This document shows, one piece after another, positions 20,453 through 30,417 of a stretch of DNA of 64,000 bases. The notes below the pieces were generated by a model. That model was not told the DNA's origin and ran no database searches. It saw nothing but the letters and a program-made list of their open reading frames with translations. How positions within the stretch are numbered: position 1 is the first letter of the stretch; every line of letters begins with the position of its first letter. The position numbers were made by a program, and so were the translations under genes. Origin of the DNA: Promethearchaeota archaeon (GTDB lineage Archaea; Asgardarchaeota; Lokiarchaeia; Sigyniarchaeales; SOKP01); assembly GCA_019057865.1 (NCBI GenBank), contig JAHLWP010000004.1, forward strand, positions 64,001 through 128,000. Reading direction: 5' to 3'.

Positions 20453-21382
20453 TTATAATGCGCGAAAAAAATCGGGTCTTAATACTTCAGTATGAGTCAA
20501 TCCATAATTAATAACTTCTAAAATCTTTGGTTTCTCTCGATCTAAAATGCCTCGTAAAGGAAGATAATTACTTGCATGATTTGAGCGAAATATACAATTT
20601 GCATTTTTATTTTCGAATTTAATATGTTTAATAAAAGTTTTTAGTTCATGTAATATTTCGATTTGATTCATTTCCAAAAATTCTCCATTGATCTTTCTTT
20701 TGAATATTTCTGTTCCTGGTGGGACAATAAGAGTTAAAAAAGCAATATACCAAATTCTATCATCTTCAGGGCAAATTTTATTAACTAAATCAGCTGATTC
20801 TTTTGCATGTTTTTCGGAAATTTCTGGATTATTTCCACCTCCAAGACCATTTATAAAGGTTGCTGAAAGTGTAATGTTTGCTTTCATTAATTTTTTTGAT
20901 GCTTCAATATAATCCTGTTTTGTAGCATGTTTATTTACATTTTTAAGTAAATTATCATAACCAGATTCAAAACCTACATAAGCAATTTTTAATCCTGCTC
21001 CTGATAATGCCTTCAATTGTTCATCCGACTTCTTTAGAATATCTTTAGCGTGAGCATAAACCCCAATCCTTTCTAATTTCGGAAATATATTCATAGCATA
21101 ATTAGTGAGTTTTAAAAGTTTTTCTGTAGGTGTAACCATTGCATTTCCGTCTAAAAAGAAAATTTTGCGGACATGAGAACTATATTGTTTCTTAGCTACG
21201 TTTAAATCCCTTTTAACATCATCTAATTCTCTAATTTTAAATTGTTTTTGAAGATTTGACATACAAAAATCGCATTTAAAAGAACAACCTTCAGTCAATT
21301 GGATCAATAAAGAAGCATGCTCTGATGGGGGACGAAACACTGGTTGACAGTAGTATATCTTATCTCTATTCGGCATATACAA
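20453..21382 (-). CDS. Radical SAM protein
   Basis: RPPSE, CSFKCDFC, YVGFESG, FRSNHASNYL. Confidence 0.9.
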   Translation of the reverse strand: MYMPNRDKIYYCQPVFRPPSEHASLLIQLTEGCSFKCDFCMSNLQKQFKIRELDDVKRDLNVAKKQYSSHVRKIFFLDGNAMVTPTEKLLKLTNYAMNIFPKLERIGVYAHAKDILKKSDEQLKALSGAGLKIAYVGFESGYDNLLKNVNKHATKQDYIEASKKLMKANITLSATFINGLGGGNNPEISEKHAKESADLVNKICPEDDRIWYIAFLTLIVPPGTEIFKRKINGEFLEMNQIEILHELKTFIKHIKFENKNANCIFRSNHASNYLPLRGILDREKPKILEVINYGLTHTEVLRPDFFRAL

Positions 21383-21452
21383 TTTAGAAAAGGATATTGT
21401 AATTTAATTAGTCTTTAAATGAAAAAATATAATTTATTTTAAGCTTCTTTTC

Positions 21453-22142
21453 TCATTCTTCTTCTTTATCAGCATCTTCAGGTCTATTAGGACAAGATGT
21501 TAAATGCCGTCCAAGTCTAATAAATTCTTTCCCACAATAAGGACATTTCTGTTTTTCTTTGGGAGCAGTTTCACCTGACCCTGCTTTTGTTGTAGGTTTT
21601 TTCTTTTTTTTCTTTTTTGCCCTTGCTGGTAAAATATCTTCAATACTAGCATCATCAGGAGCTAATTCGCAAGATTGAATGTGCGAAGCTAAATCTTCGA
21701 ATACTTCACCGCAAAAAGGGCATTCAATCTCCCCAAATTCTTCAGAGTCTTTTATATCTTCTTTCCCAGCTTTTCTTTTCTCGAATTTTAGAGGAATTTC
21801 TTCATCTTCTTCCTCGAATTCATCAATAGTTAAATCGATATCCTCATCTGTTTTTATTTTAGCTATTTCAAATTCTTCTAATTCAATTTTTTTATCTTTG
21901 ATTTTCTTTTCTGCCACTTTTCTGCTTTCGTCATATATCTCGGATATCTTTTTATTTGTTTGAGAATATAAATTGCAAACTTGACAAACATATGCTCTTG
22001 TTCCGAGCATTAGATCCCTTTCTGGACAATAACATAAAGTTTGTAAGCTATTGGAAATATCACCTTTAGGAGTGAGGTACTTACAAGCTAATTTCCTTGA
22101 ATATTTAACTTTTTGTTTTCTACGAGGTATTTTCATCACCAA
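21453..22142 (-). CDS. Acidic/basic low-complexity protein with two C2HC zinc fingers and an N-terminal Cys cluster
   Basis: CPFCGEVFEDLASHIQSC and CPYCGKEFIRLGRHLTSC. Confidence 0.75.
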   Translation of the reverse strand: MVMKIPRRKQKVKYSRKLACKYLTPKGDISNSLQTLCYCPERDLMLGTRAYVCQVCNLYSQTNKKISEIYDESRKVAEKKIKDKKIELEEFEIAKIKTDEDIDLTIDEFEEEDEEIPLKFEKRKAGKEDIKDSEEFGEIECPFCGEVFEDLASHIQSCELAPDDASIEDILPARAKKKKKKKPTTKAGSGETAPKEKQKCPYCGKEFIRLGRHLTSCPNRPEDADKEEE

Positions 22143-22270
22143 AAGAAGTATATAAAATAATTAATCTTAAAATTTAATTTTTTTGTTTAGAGAATCTCTA
22201 TTAAGAGAAAAATTGCATGAACTTTTTTGAAAATAATTAATATTTAGAAGATAATTATATTGAGATAAGG

Positions 22271-23791
22271 TTAAAAATTGAATTTTATTGAATTTAGATC
22301 ATGTTTAATTTTTTTCTGGATATCTTTATTTTCCAGTTTTGGTAATAATTCCTCGATTAAATCTTTAAAATCCAGAATTTTTTGGGAGAGTATTTCTGGT
22401 TTGCTCCATATGGATTTTCTTAATGGGTGATTTCTTATTATTGCTTTATTATAATTTTCAATAGCCTCTCTATAAAATAAGCAAGCACTTTCTAAATTAT
22501 TTAATCTAGAATGATAAATCGTTCCTATTTTATTGAAACATATACCTGCTCCCGCAAAATCATTTACTTTTTCAAATTCTATAGCAGCATCTCTTATCGT
22601 ATTTAAAGCTTCCTTTAAAACATTGTCTTCTCCTTTTTTAAGAAGTAAATATCCAATAATATACTGAGATTCTCCTAAGAAAAAGGAATTTTTTTCCTTT
22701 TTAGCTGTTTTATTTAATTCATTAGCAAATTCTTCAGCAAAAACCAAATGATTATTGGATATACATTTTTCTGATAAATCTCTTAATAATTCTAAAATTC
22801 TTTCAATATCATGAAGCTCCTTATACTTTTCTATTCCTTGTCTGTATCTCTCAATGCCTGTAAAAGCATCTTTACTTTTAAAAGCTTGATTTCCTTCAAA
22901 AATTAATTGCTCCGCATTTTCTTTTAATTGTAATTCTTTTTGTTTTTTATCGAAATCACCATAAAAAAAAGTATCAACATTAAAAATTACATCCTCAGAC
23001 ATAGGGATTTCTGTCAATAAATCACTATTTGGGGGAATTTTTTTATTCTCATTATGCCTGTCATTATCTTGAAATTTAGAACTAAAGTCTTCTCCATAGG
23101 CTGATTGCAAAGGTTTCCCTGCTGTAGCTAATGCTGACAATTCCGATAAAACATTAGCAAAAAAATATTTGCTTAAACCATCAACAACATAATCCACTTT
23201 ATGGTAATTATTATCATACTCAGGATCGTTTACATCCATATTTACATCGTTAAGCCGATAAATTTCAAATCCTGTATCATACTTAGTTATTGTATGTTCT
23301 GAACCTTCAACCTTTTCCTGCTTTTTCTTCCCTAATAGCGTATGATCAAAAACCAAACCACAAAAATCATCATTTTTTGCTTGAAATCCTAATTGATTTA
23401 AAAGATCTATATATGAAAAAAAGAGTCCTAATCCTGGATGAGAGTGAAACCATCCAATCATGTAAAATCCTTTACTACTCTTATCTAATTTTTCTTGTAT
23501 TTCTTCTATAAAGCCATAATGTCTTTCATCTAATTGAACATCAGTTGCATGCCCAAATGTAAGTGCTTCAGCACCTTCTATATATACAAAATCGTCATCA
23601 GAATAGCCAATTAAAATGCCATATATTTCTTTCCATTCCTCAGCGGGAATGGATTTATTAGCATATCTACTTACATATAAGATAATTGTTTTATAAGCTT
23701 CTGCTCTTACAACAACAGGTTTATTAATTTTCTCTTTTGATTCTTCATTTGAGTTCTGGTCTTTATTTGTCTTTTTAATCTCTCTTGACAT
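22271..23791 (-). CDS. JAMM/MPN+ metalloprotease (Rpn11/CSN5-like) fused to TPR-like helical domain
   Basis: KEIYGILIG (catalytic E); GWFHSHPGLGLFFSYIDL is a complete HxHx7Sx2D motif; TPR-like C-terminus. Confidence 0.88.
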   Translation of the reverse strand: MSREIKKTNKDQNSNEESKEKINKPVVVRAEAYKTIILYVSRYANKSIPAEEWKEIYGILIGYSDDDFVYIEGAEALTFGHATDVQLDERHYGFIEEIQEKLDKSSKGFYMIGWFHSHPGLGLFFSYIDLLNQLGFQAKNDDFCGLVFDHTLLGKKKQEKVEGSEHTITKYDTGFEIYRLNDVNMDVNDPEYDNNYHKVDYVVDGLSKYFFANVLSELSALATAGKPLQSAYGEDFSSKFQDNDRHNENKKIPPNSDLLTEIPMSEDVIFNVDTFFYGDFDKKQKELQLKENAEQLIFEGNQAFKSKDAFTGIERYRQGIEKYKELHDIERILELLRDLSEKCISNNHLVFAEEFANELNKTAKKEKNSFFLGESQYIIGYLLLKKGEDNVLKEALNTIRDAAIEFEKVNDFAGAGICFNKIGTIYHSRLNNLESACLFYREAIENYNKAIIRNHPLRKSIWSKPEILSQKILDFKDLIEELLPKLENKDIQKKIKHDLNSIKFNF

Positions 23792-23922
23792 CCTTATTTC
23801 TTTCTGACTTTAATTTTATATTAAATTCTTAATCTAGAATTATAATAAGGCTAATCCTAATTAAAATTATTTATATATTAGATGTATTAAAATAATTTGA
23901 AAAATTAAGTTTTCTTTTAAGA

Positions 23923-24477
23923 TTATTTTAAAATTAAATCCATAAATCTTTCTTTTATATCTTCTGGGAGGAGTGGAATGTTTTCCACTTTTTCACTTCC
24001 TGGCATAGTTTTTATTAAAACTAGATGACACCCCCATCCTAAGTTTTTTAATATGGGAGAAATTTCACTTTTATTTTTAATAACAGATATAGATTCAAAT
24101 CCCGCTCCTTGAGCTATTATTTCTAGTTTTGTTTTTCCATGTGTATAAGTCAATTGGTCCCCTGTAGAACCATAAGAACCATTATCTACAATTATTAAGG
24201 TTAAATTACTTGGAATATTATTAGCGATCGTGCTTAAACTACCTAGATTCATAAGTATTGAACCATCGCCATCAATACACCAAACTTTTCTTTTAGGTTG
24301 GGATATAGCTAACCCAAACGCAATTGAAGAAGATAATCCCATTGAACCCATCATATAGAAGTTTTCCAATCTATCTTTGATATTATAGAGTTCCCTTGAC
24401 GGATCTCCAAGATTACATACTACTAATTCATCTGTTAATATTTCAGTAATTTCTTCTAATGCTTCATATCTTCTCAT
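23923..24477 (-). CDS. comE: Sulfopyruvate decarboxylase subunit beta (ThDP-binding)
   Basis: NFYMMGSMGLSSS, DGDGSILMNLG, DNGSYGSTGDQ. Confidence 0.85.
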   Translation of the reverse strand: MRRYEALEEITEILTDELVVCNLGDPSRELYNIKDRLENFYMMGSMGLSSSIAFGLAISQPKRKVWCIDGDGSILMNLGSLSTIANNIPSNLTLIIVDNGSYGSTGDQLTYTHGKTKLEIIAQGAGFESISVIKNKSEISPILKNLGWGCHLVLIKTMPGSEKVENIPLLPEDIKERFMDLILK

Positions 24478-24478
24478 T

Positions 24479-24973
24479 TTAGCTCCCCCATAAAGTTCTT
24501 TTAAGAATTATTACTATAGGTTTTTTAGTTTTCTTAGCTTTATCAACTGCTTTTATAATATCCTTAATGTTTCTTGGAGAATTTAAAATATATGTCTCAA
24601 TTGTTAAGAGTTTTAAAAGATCGATAGTGATTTGTCCCATTGGCATTTGTGCCATAATTTTTTCTCCTTCTGCTCCTCTATGACTCATTATAAAAATAAC
24701 TGGTATCTTATATAATTCTAGGAGAGATTTTATAGCGTTTATAGAATTACCTAATCCAGAATTTTGCATTAAAATAGCAGGAAGTTTACCCCCGAGGTAG
24801 GCTCCTGCTGCAATTCCTACACCTTCTTCTTCTCGAGTGACAGCTATATGTTGAATTTCTTTCTTTTCTTCAATAACTTCCAATAAACCTTTAAGCATAA
24901 TGCAAGGTACTGACAAAAGGAGATTTATTCCAGTATTTTTAATAGCTTCATATAATTTTAGATCTACACTCAT
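24479..24973 (-). CDS. comD: Sulfopyruvate decarboxylase subunit alpha
   Basis: SVPC, TREEEGVGIAAGAYLGG, MQNSGLGNSINA, SHRG. Confidence 0.85.
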   Translation of the reverse strand: MSVDLKLYEAIKNTGINLLLSVPCIMLKGLLEVIEEKKEIQHIAVTREEEGVGIAAGAYLGGKLPAILMQNSGLGNSINAIKSLLELYKIPVIFIMSHRGAEGEKIMAQMPMGQITIDLLKLLTIETYILNSPRNIKDIIKAVDKAKKTKKPIVIILKRTLWGS

Positions 24974-25020
24974 AAAACTTCTTTATTTGGAAATTTTGTA
25001 TTAGATATCGATTATTTTTT

Positions 25021-26235
25021 TTAAATAATTCCCTTTCTTTTAAAATTACTAATATCCTCATCATTATAATTAAGGGATTTTAAAATCTCTTTAGTATTTT
25101 GACCTACTTTCGGAGCAAAATTTCTTATCATTAGGGGTGTTCTTGAATATTTAATTGGAGAACCCACATTTTGAATCTTTCCAAATTTGGGATGTTCCAT
25201 CTCAATAACCATTTTACGAACTTTAATTTGAGGGTCTTCACAAGCTTCTGCAAATGATTTTATTGGCATAACACATGCATCCAAACCTTTAAAAATTTCT
25301 ATCCATTCTTTTTGAGTTTTCTTTAGGAATTCTTTTTGTAGTTCTTGAAATACCCATTCTTTTTTTTCTCCCTGTGCAGTTTGTTTTAATTTTAAATCTT
25401 CACGAGCAAGCCCATTACATAACTCTCGCCAAAATTTAACTTCAATAACCCCAACAGATACAAATTTATTATCCTTAGTTTTATAAACGGAATAAGATGG
25501 AAAATTACCATGTAGAGGATTTTGTGTTTTTATCCCATCATTTAAATCTTTAGAAAAATGATAAGCTGCTGCCATTGGCATAAAAGAAAATACTGAATCT
25601 GTCATAGAAATATCAATATATTGACCTTTTTTTTCAGGATTATTATCTCTTTCAATAATTGCCCCTAAAATACCAATAGCTGAAACTAGGCCACCCCCAA
25701 TGTCAGCAGCCTGTATACCCGGGGTTATGGGGGCTCTTTCTTGATCCTCTTGACCTAAAATTAGTCTGTCTCTATTCAGATTTAAAATGCCACATATTCC
25801 TATATAATTAAGATCATGCCCCGCTATTTGTTCATACGGTCCATTTTGCCCATAACCTGTTAAAGAACAGCAAATTATTGATGGATTAATTGAAGAAAGG
25901 GTATCATAATCAATTTTTAATTTATTTGTTACTTTTGGTCTAAAAGTATCAAGCACAACATCAGCTTTTTTAACTAACTCATAAAAAATTTCTCTTGCTT
26001 TCTCTTTTTTCAAATTGAGAGTAATTGATTTTTTATTTCTCATAAGAATTGAATTGAAAGCACTTTCACGATACCTACCTTTCTGAAAAAAAGGAGGTGG
26101 GTTAGCATAGGGATATTTAGGATCTTCTACTCGGATAACTTCTGCCCCAAGATCGGCTAGTATCATGGAACAATATGGACCAGGCAACATTCTCGCAAGA
26201 TCAAGAATAACTTTTCCTTCTAAAGGTAATGACAT
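25021..26235 (-). CDS. Family III CoA-transferase (CaiB/BaiF, AMACR-like)
   Basis: LPGPYCSMILADLGAEVIRVE, RNKKSITLNLK, GYGQNGPY, GHDLNY, AADIGGG. Confidence 0.92.
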   Translation of the reverse strand: MSLPLEGKVILDLARMLPGPYCSMILADLGAEVIRVEDPKYPYANPPPFFQKGRYRESAFNSILMRNKKSITLNLKKEKAREIFYELVKKADVVLDTFRPKVTNKLKIDYDTLSSINPSIICCSLTGYGQNGPYEQIAGHDLNYIGICGILNLNRDRLILGQEDQERAPITPGIQAADIGGGLVSAIGILGAIIERDNNPEKKGQYIDISMTDSVFSFMPMAAAYHFSKDLNDGIKTQNPLHGNFPSYSVYKTKDNKFVSVGVIEVKFWRELCNGLAREDLKLKQTAQGEKKEWVFQELQKEFLKKTQKEWIEIFKGLDACVMPIKSFAEACEDPQIKVRKMVIEMEHPKFGKIQNVGSPIKYSRTPLMIRNFAPKVGQNTKEILKSLNYNDEDISNFKRKGII

Positions 26236-26247
26236 AATAAAAATCCT

Positions 26248-27414
26248 CTATCTATCAATTAATGATTCTGAATTAATAAGAGGCTCAGTGTTTTTTATAT
26301 CAATTATTTTTAAATGCTTAAGCTTTTTAATATTTTTGTCTTCTGAGATTTTATTAAATCCAAAATATATACTTTGCAACTTTTTTAATCTTTCTATCCC
26401 TCGTATTTTAGTAAAATTATTATTTCGCAAATCAAGAAATTTTAATTTTTTGAGTTTTTCTAATCCTTTAATTCCTTTAATTACATTATGGCTAAGATCT
26501 AAGAATTCTAATTTAGTTAATTTTTTTAACCCCTTTATTTCAGTAATTTGATTACTACTAAGATCTAATCTTTTTAGATTTCTAAGAGACCGTAGCCCTT
26601 CTATTTCAGTAATTTGATTATTGCGAAGGTTTAGAATTTCTAATTGTGATAAATTATTTAATTCATTTATTACAGATATTTGGTTATTGAAAAGTAATAA
26701 TGATTTTAGATTTCTAAGATTACTTAATCCCTCTATTTTTGAAATTTCATTATTATTAAGATAGAGGTATTCTAATTTTTTCAAATTTTTTAATCTATTG
26801 ATTTTACTTATTTTATTATCTTGAATATGTAATGATCTTAAATTTGATAATTTTTCTAGTCCTTTTATCTCCTCGATTTGATTATAATTGAGATAAATCT
26901 TCTTTAAATAGATAAGGTTATCTAATCCCTTTATTTTTGATATATCATCAATATTTTTATAATTTAAATTTATGATTGGATATTTTCTTAAGGGGAAATA
27001 GATATTATTATTGAAATTTACATATCTTATTAATTGTAATAATGAGTGTAATTTAGGAATTGATGTTTTTTCCAATGCTTTTATTATGGAAATTAAACAT
27101 AATTCTGATACTTCATGAAGTAAAGCCCATTTAATTGGTTCAAATGCTTTACCTGGAAAGTTCTGAATAATTATATTTGCTGCATGTCTTCTTACATTAT
27201 CACTTAAATCTGAAATTAAAAGATTTTCTAAGAATCTAAATATTTTATCTCCTTTAAATCCTATTAAACCTAAAAAATTTAATCCGTAAATACGAGTATT
27301 ATAATCCTTATCAAGGGAATTTTCAGTAACTATTATTAGTAATTCGGAGGCTTTTTTTTTATTTAATATCTTGTTTTTATAATCCTTATAGATTTGTTTA
27401 GGTGTTAAACTCAA
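26248..27414 (-). CDS. HEAT-like plus SDS22-type leucine-rich-repeat protein
   Basis: Repeated 22-aa LxxLxLxxNxIxxIxGL units; N-terminal LENLLISD...VRRHA. Confidence 0.88.
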   Translation of the reverse strand: MSLTPKQIYKDYKNKILNKKKASELLIIVTENSLDKDYNTRIYGLNFLGLIGFKGDKIFRFLENLLISDLSDNVRRHAANIIIQNFPGKAFEPIKWALLHEVSELCLISIIKALEKTSIPKLHSLLQLIRYVNFNNNIYFPLRKYPIINLNYKNIDDISKIKGLDNLIYLKKIYLNYNQIEEIKGLEKLSNLRSLHIQDNKISKINRLKNLKKLEYLYLNNNEISKIEGLSNLRNLKSLLLFNNQISVINELNNLSQLEILNLRNNQITEIEGLRSLRNLKRLDLSSNQITEIKGLKKLTKLEFLDLSHNVIKGIKGLEKLKKLKFLDLRNNNFTKIRGIERLKKLQSIYFGFNKISEDKNIKKLKHLKIIDIKNTEPLINSESLIDR

Positions 27415-27542
27415 TATTCATTAACTTCTAGCTTATGAATCTATTAAAAAGTGAATCTTATATAATATTAATAATATATGAATTAAATTAATTACTCTAT
27501 TTATGAAAAGCCAAATAAATTTCACAAAAAAAAGAATATAAA

Positions 27543-28058
27543 TTATAACTCAATAATCTCTGCTTCCATTTTATTTGTATCTACAATAGCGAATGTAGCC
27601 CTTCCTGTTAAATATCCACACAGTTCACCTGGATTCACCACTAATACTCCATTTTCATATCTTTTATTCATTAAAGCATGTGTGTGACCAAATAAAATAA
27701 TATCAAACTTTCCTGAGCTAGCAATTGCATCAACCGTTTCTTGATTAGGCATATGTGCTGCGAAAATTTTTTTTCCATCAAATTCTGAAATTAACTCCAT
27801 TCCAACTAAATCACAGATTTGCCCTAAATTTTGTTTTAAAAAGACTCTATCCCCATCATTATTTCCATATACGCCAAAAAACCTTTCTTTTATATTTTCA
27901 TTTAAACTATCAAACCATCTCACAACAAATGCAGAAATGTAATCTCCGCAATGGATCAATGCATCCACATCCTTTTTATTAATTTTTGATACAGCTTTTA
28001 AAATATTTTTCTTATGATCATGTGAATCCGATATAACTGCTAGTTTCATTTTTATCAA
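27543..28058 (-). CDS. YfcE/MJ0936-family metallophosphoesterase
   Basis: SDSHD, HCGD, GNND, GHTH, NPGE. Confidence 0.9.
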   Translation of the reverse strand: MIKMKLAVISDSHDHKKNILKAVSKINKKDVDALIHCGDYISAFVVRWFDSLNENIKERFFGVYGNNDGDRVFLKQNLGQICDLVGMELISEFDGKKIFAAHMPNQETVDAIASSGKFDIILFGHTHALMNKRYENGVLVVNPGELCGYLTGRATFAIVDTNKMEAEIIEL

Positions 28059-28094
28059 CTCGTAATATCTTAAAATAATTAAGAATGAGATTTT

Positions 28095-28138
28095 ATAAAA
28101 AGATTCTTAACATAAAAAGATTCTTAACATAAAAAGAT
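28095..28138. repeat. 17-bp tandem repeat, 2.6 copies, in a divergent intergenic region
   Basis: ATAAAAAGATTCTTAAC x2 plus ATAAAAAGAT. Confidence 0.85.
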
Positions 28139-28196
28139 ATATTATTTAGTTGTATATATTACTAAATGCAGTAAATGAGTATGATTTGATTTTAAC

Positions 28197-29264
28197 ATGA
28201 TCGAAAAGTTCTTTAAAACAGAGAAATCTTATATTGATGAAGAATTGAAGAATTACTTTACTCAATTGTATAAGATGGAAAATGATCTACTTCTTAAAGA
28301 TTTTATAACACAATTAGAACAATTTATATTAAATGAGAAAGCAAAGAGAATTCATCCGGTTTTATTAACAGCTGCTTTTGCGGGAATTGTAAATCCAATG
28401 TATTTAGAAGACCAAATAGAGCAAATACGTGAAGTTTCCATTGCAGTTGAATTACTTCATAGTGGTTATTTGATTCATGATGATCTTTTAGATGACGATA
28501 AAATACGGAGAGGAAAGCCTACTTTTCATATGCAATTAAAAAATGAATTAGATCAGGTCTATAAAGGTATAGATATCCCTACAGGGATATATCAGCGATT
28601 CGGACGAGATTTGTCAATTTTAGGTGGTAGTCAAGGTTATCTTTTAGGTTTAAATATTTTAAAATCTTCAAAATTCCCTGATAATTTAAAGTTATTAGCT
28701 ATAAACGAATATACAATGGCTATGGATTATTTAATGAAAGGACAAATAATTGAAGAATATATGGATTACCACAAAATAACAATGTCATTGGAACAGTATT
28801 TAAATATTGCTGAGCTACAACGAGCTAGTCTGTTCGAGATATCCACCAAAATTGGTGCAATATTAGCCAAGGGAAATCTAAACTATCAAATTAAACCATT
28901 ATCTGAAGCGATGGTAAGAATAGGTCAGGCCCATGCTATTCGAGATGATATTCTTGATTTAAAAGATGATATAAAAAGAAAGAAAAAAAAAATTATTTAT
29001 ATTTTAGCCATCCAAAATAGTGATGAGGTTCAATCAAAAACATTAAATGAAATATTTAATAAAGAGAGTTTATCTAACAATGATGTTAAATTAATAGAAG
29101 AAATCTTTGCTGAAACAAACGCAATCATTATAGCAGAACATTTCTCGAAAAACCTGATTAATCAGGCAAAAACATTCTTGAAAGATATTTATCCTGATCT
29201 TAATAAAGAACAAAAAATCTTTTTCAACAAATTTTCAGACTATATTTATATGAGAGAATTCTAA
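28197..29264 (+). CDS. Polyprenyl diphosphate synthase family protein (divergent)
   Basis: FARM LIHDDLLDDDKIRRGKP, GQ, SARM IRDDILD. Confidence 0.85.
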   Translation: MIEKFFKTEKSYIDEELKNYFTQLYKMENDLLLKDFITQLEQFILNEKAKRIHPVLLTAAFAGIVNPMYLEDQIEQIREVSIAVELLHSGYLIHDDLLDDDKIRRGKPTFHMQLKNELDQVYKGIDIPTGIYQRFGRDLSILGGSQGYLLGLNILKSSKFPDNLKLLAINEYTMAMDYLMKGQIIEEYMDYHKITMSLEQYLNIAELQRASLFEISTKIGAILAKGNLNYQIKPLSEAMVRIGQAHAIRDDILDLKDDIKRKKKKIIYILAIQNSDEVQSKTLNEIFNKESLSNNDVKLIEEIFAETNAIIIAEHFSKNLINQAKTFLKDIYPDLNKEQKIFFNKFSDYIYMREF

Positions 29265-29445
29265 TCTCTAATAACATTGTATTATATTACATTTGCTTAT
29301 AGAATATATGAAAAAAATAAAATATATAAAAAGTATACCAGTAATATAATTTATAATAATAATATCTAAAAATCCCTTTTCCTTTATTAATAATAGTAAA
29401 TAAGATTGTTTTAATTCTTTAATAATTATTTCTTAACGAATTCTT

Positions 29446-30354
29446 ATGGTTACAAAAATTCCATCTGATCAAATAGTTATAAGACCTCCAGTAGAAGCAT
29501 ATTCAGTTTTAATACCTGTCACTGGTGGATGTTCGTGGAATAAATGCCGTTTCTGTGGAACTTATAAGGGTGTTTATGGAGTTACTCAAGATTATGCTAT
29601 AAGAAATGTAGATGATGTAAAAAAAGATATAGATAAGTTTGCTGAGAAAAATTATCATGGCTTTCCCGTATTTTTAGCTGGAGGAAATCCCACATCAGCA
29701 CCAACAGAATATCTAGTTGAAATTATTAAATATATAAGGGTTAAGCTTAGAGATGTTCAGCGTGTTAGCTGTTATGCGAAAGCACTAGATATTTTAAGAA
29801 AATCAGAGGAGGAATTAAAGAAGCTTGCTGAAGCTGGATTAGATATTGTGTATATGGGATTAGAAAGTGGAAGTAGCACAATCTTAAGGATGATGAAGAA
29901 AGGAACCAATGCAGAATCAATAATTAAGGCTGGAAAAAAGATTTTAAATGCTGGCATTAAACTTAGCCTATATATTATTCTTGGATTAGGAAGTCATAAC
30001 TATTCTGAAGAACATGTAAAAGAAACAGCAAGAGTATTAACTGAAATTAATCCAACGATTTTCAGATTTAGAACCCTTAATATTTTACCTGGTACTCCAC
30101 TTTGGGATGAATGGAAAGCAGGTGAATTTGAATTATTATCTCCAGTAGAAAATATAAAAGAAGAAAGAGAGATCATAGCAAATTTAGGTAATAATGTAAC
30201 TTCTCAGGTTTTTAATGACCATGTTAGTAACTATTGTGATCTTGAATCAACGAACATTAAACAAGATAAAGAAATGTTCCTAAAAGTATTGGATTCTCTA
30301 ATTAATGACCCTCGAATCCAGATCCTACCACGAAGAAATTTAATTCGAATGTAG
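29446..30354 (+). CDS. Radical SAM protein (paralogue of 20453..21382)
   Basis: IRPPVE, CSWNKCRFC, YMGLESG, NDHVSNY. Confidence 0.9.
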   Translation: MVTKIPSDQIVIRPPVEAYSVLIPVTGGCSWNKCRFCGTYKGVYGVTQDYAIRNVDDVKKDIDKFAEKNYHGFPVFLAGGNPTSAPTEYLVEIIKYIRVKLRDVQRVSCYAKALDILRKSEEELKKLAEAGLDIVYMGLESGSSTILRMMKKGTNAESIIKAGKKILNAGIKLSLYIILGLGSHNYSEEHVKETARVLTEINPTIFRFRTLNILPGTPLWDEWKAGEFELLSPVENIKEEREIIANLGNNVTSQVFNDHVSNYCDLESTNIKQDKEMFLKVLDSLINDPRIQILPRRNLIRM

Positions 30355-30417
30355 ATCTCTCTAGATCTATTTTAAATAGAAATTTTAATAATAATTCTCA
30401 AATTTCAAACTTTATGA

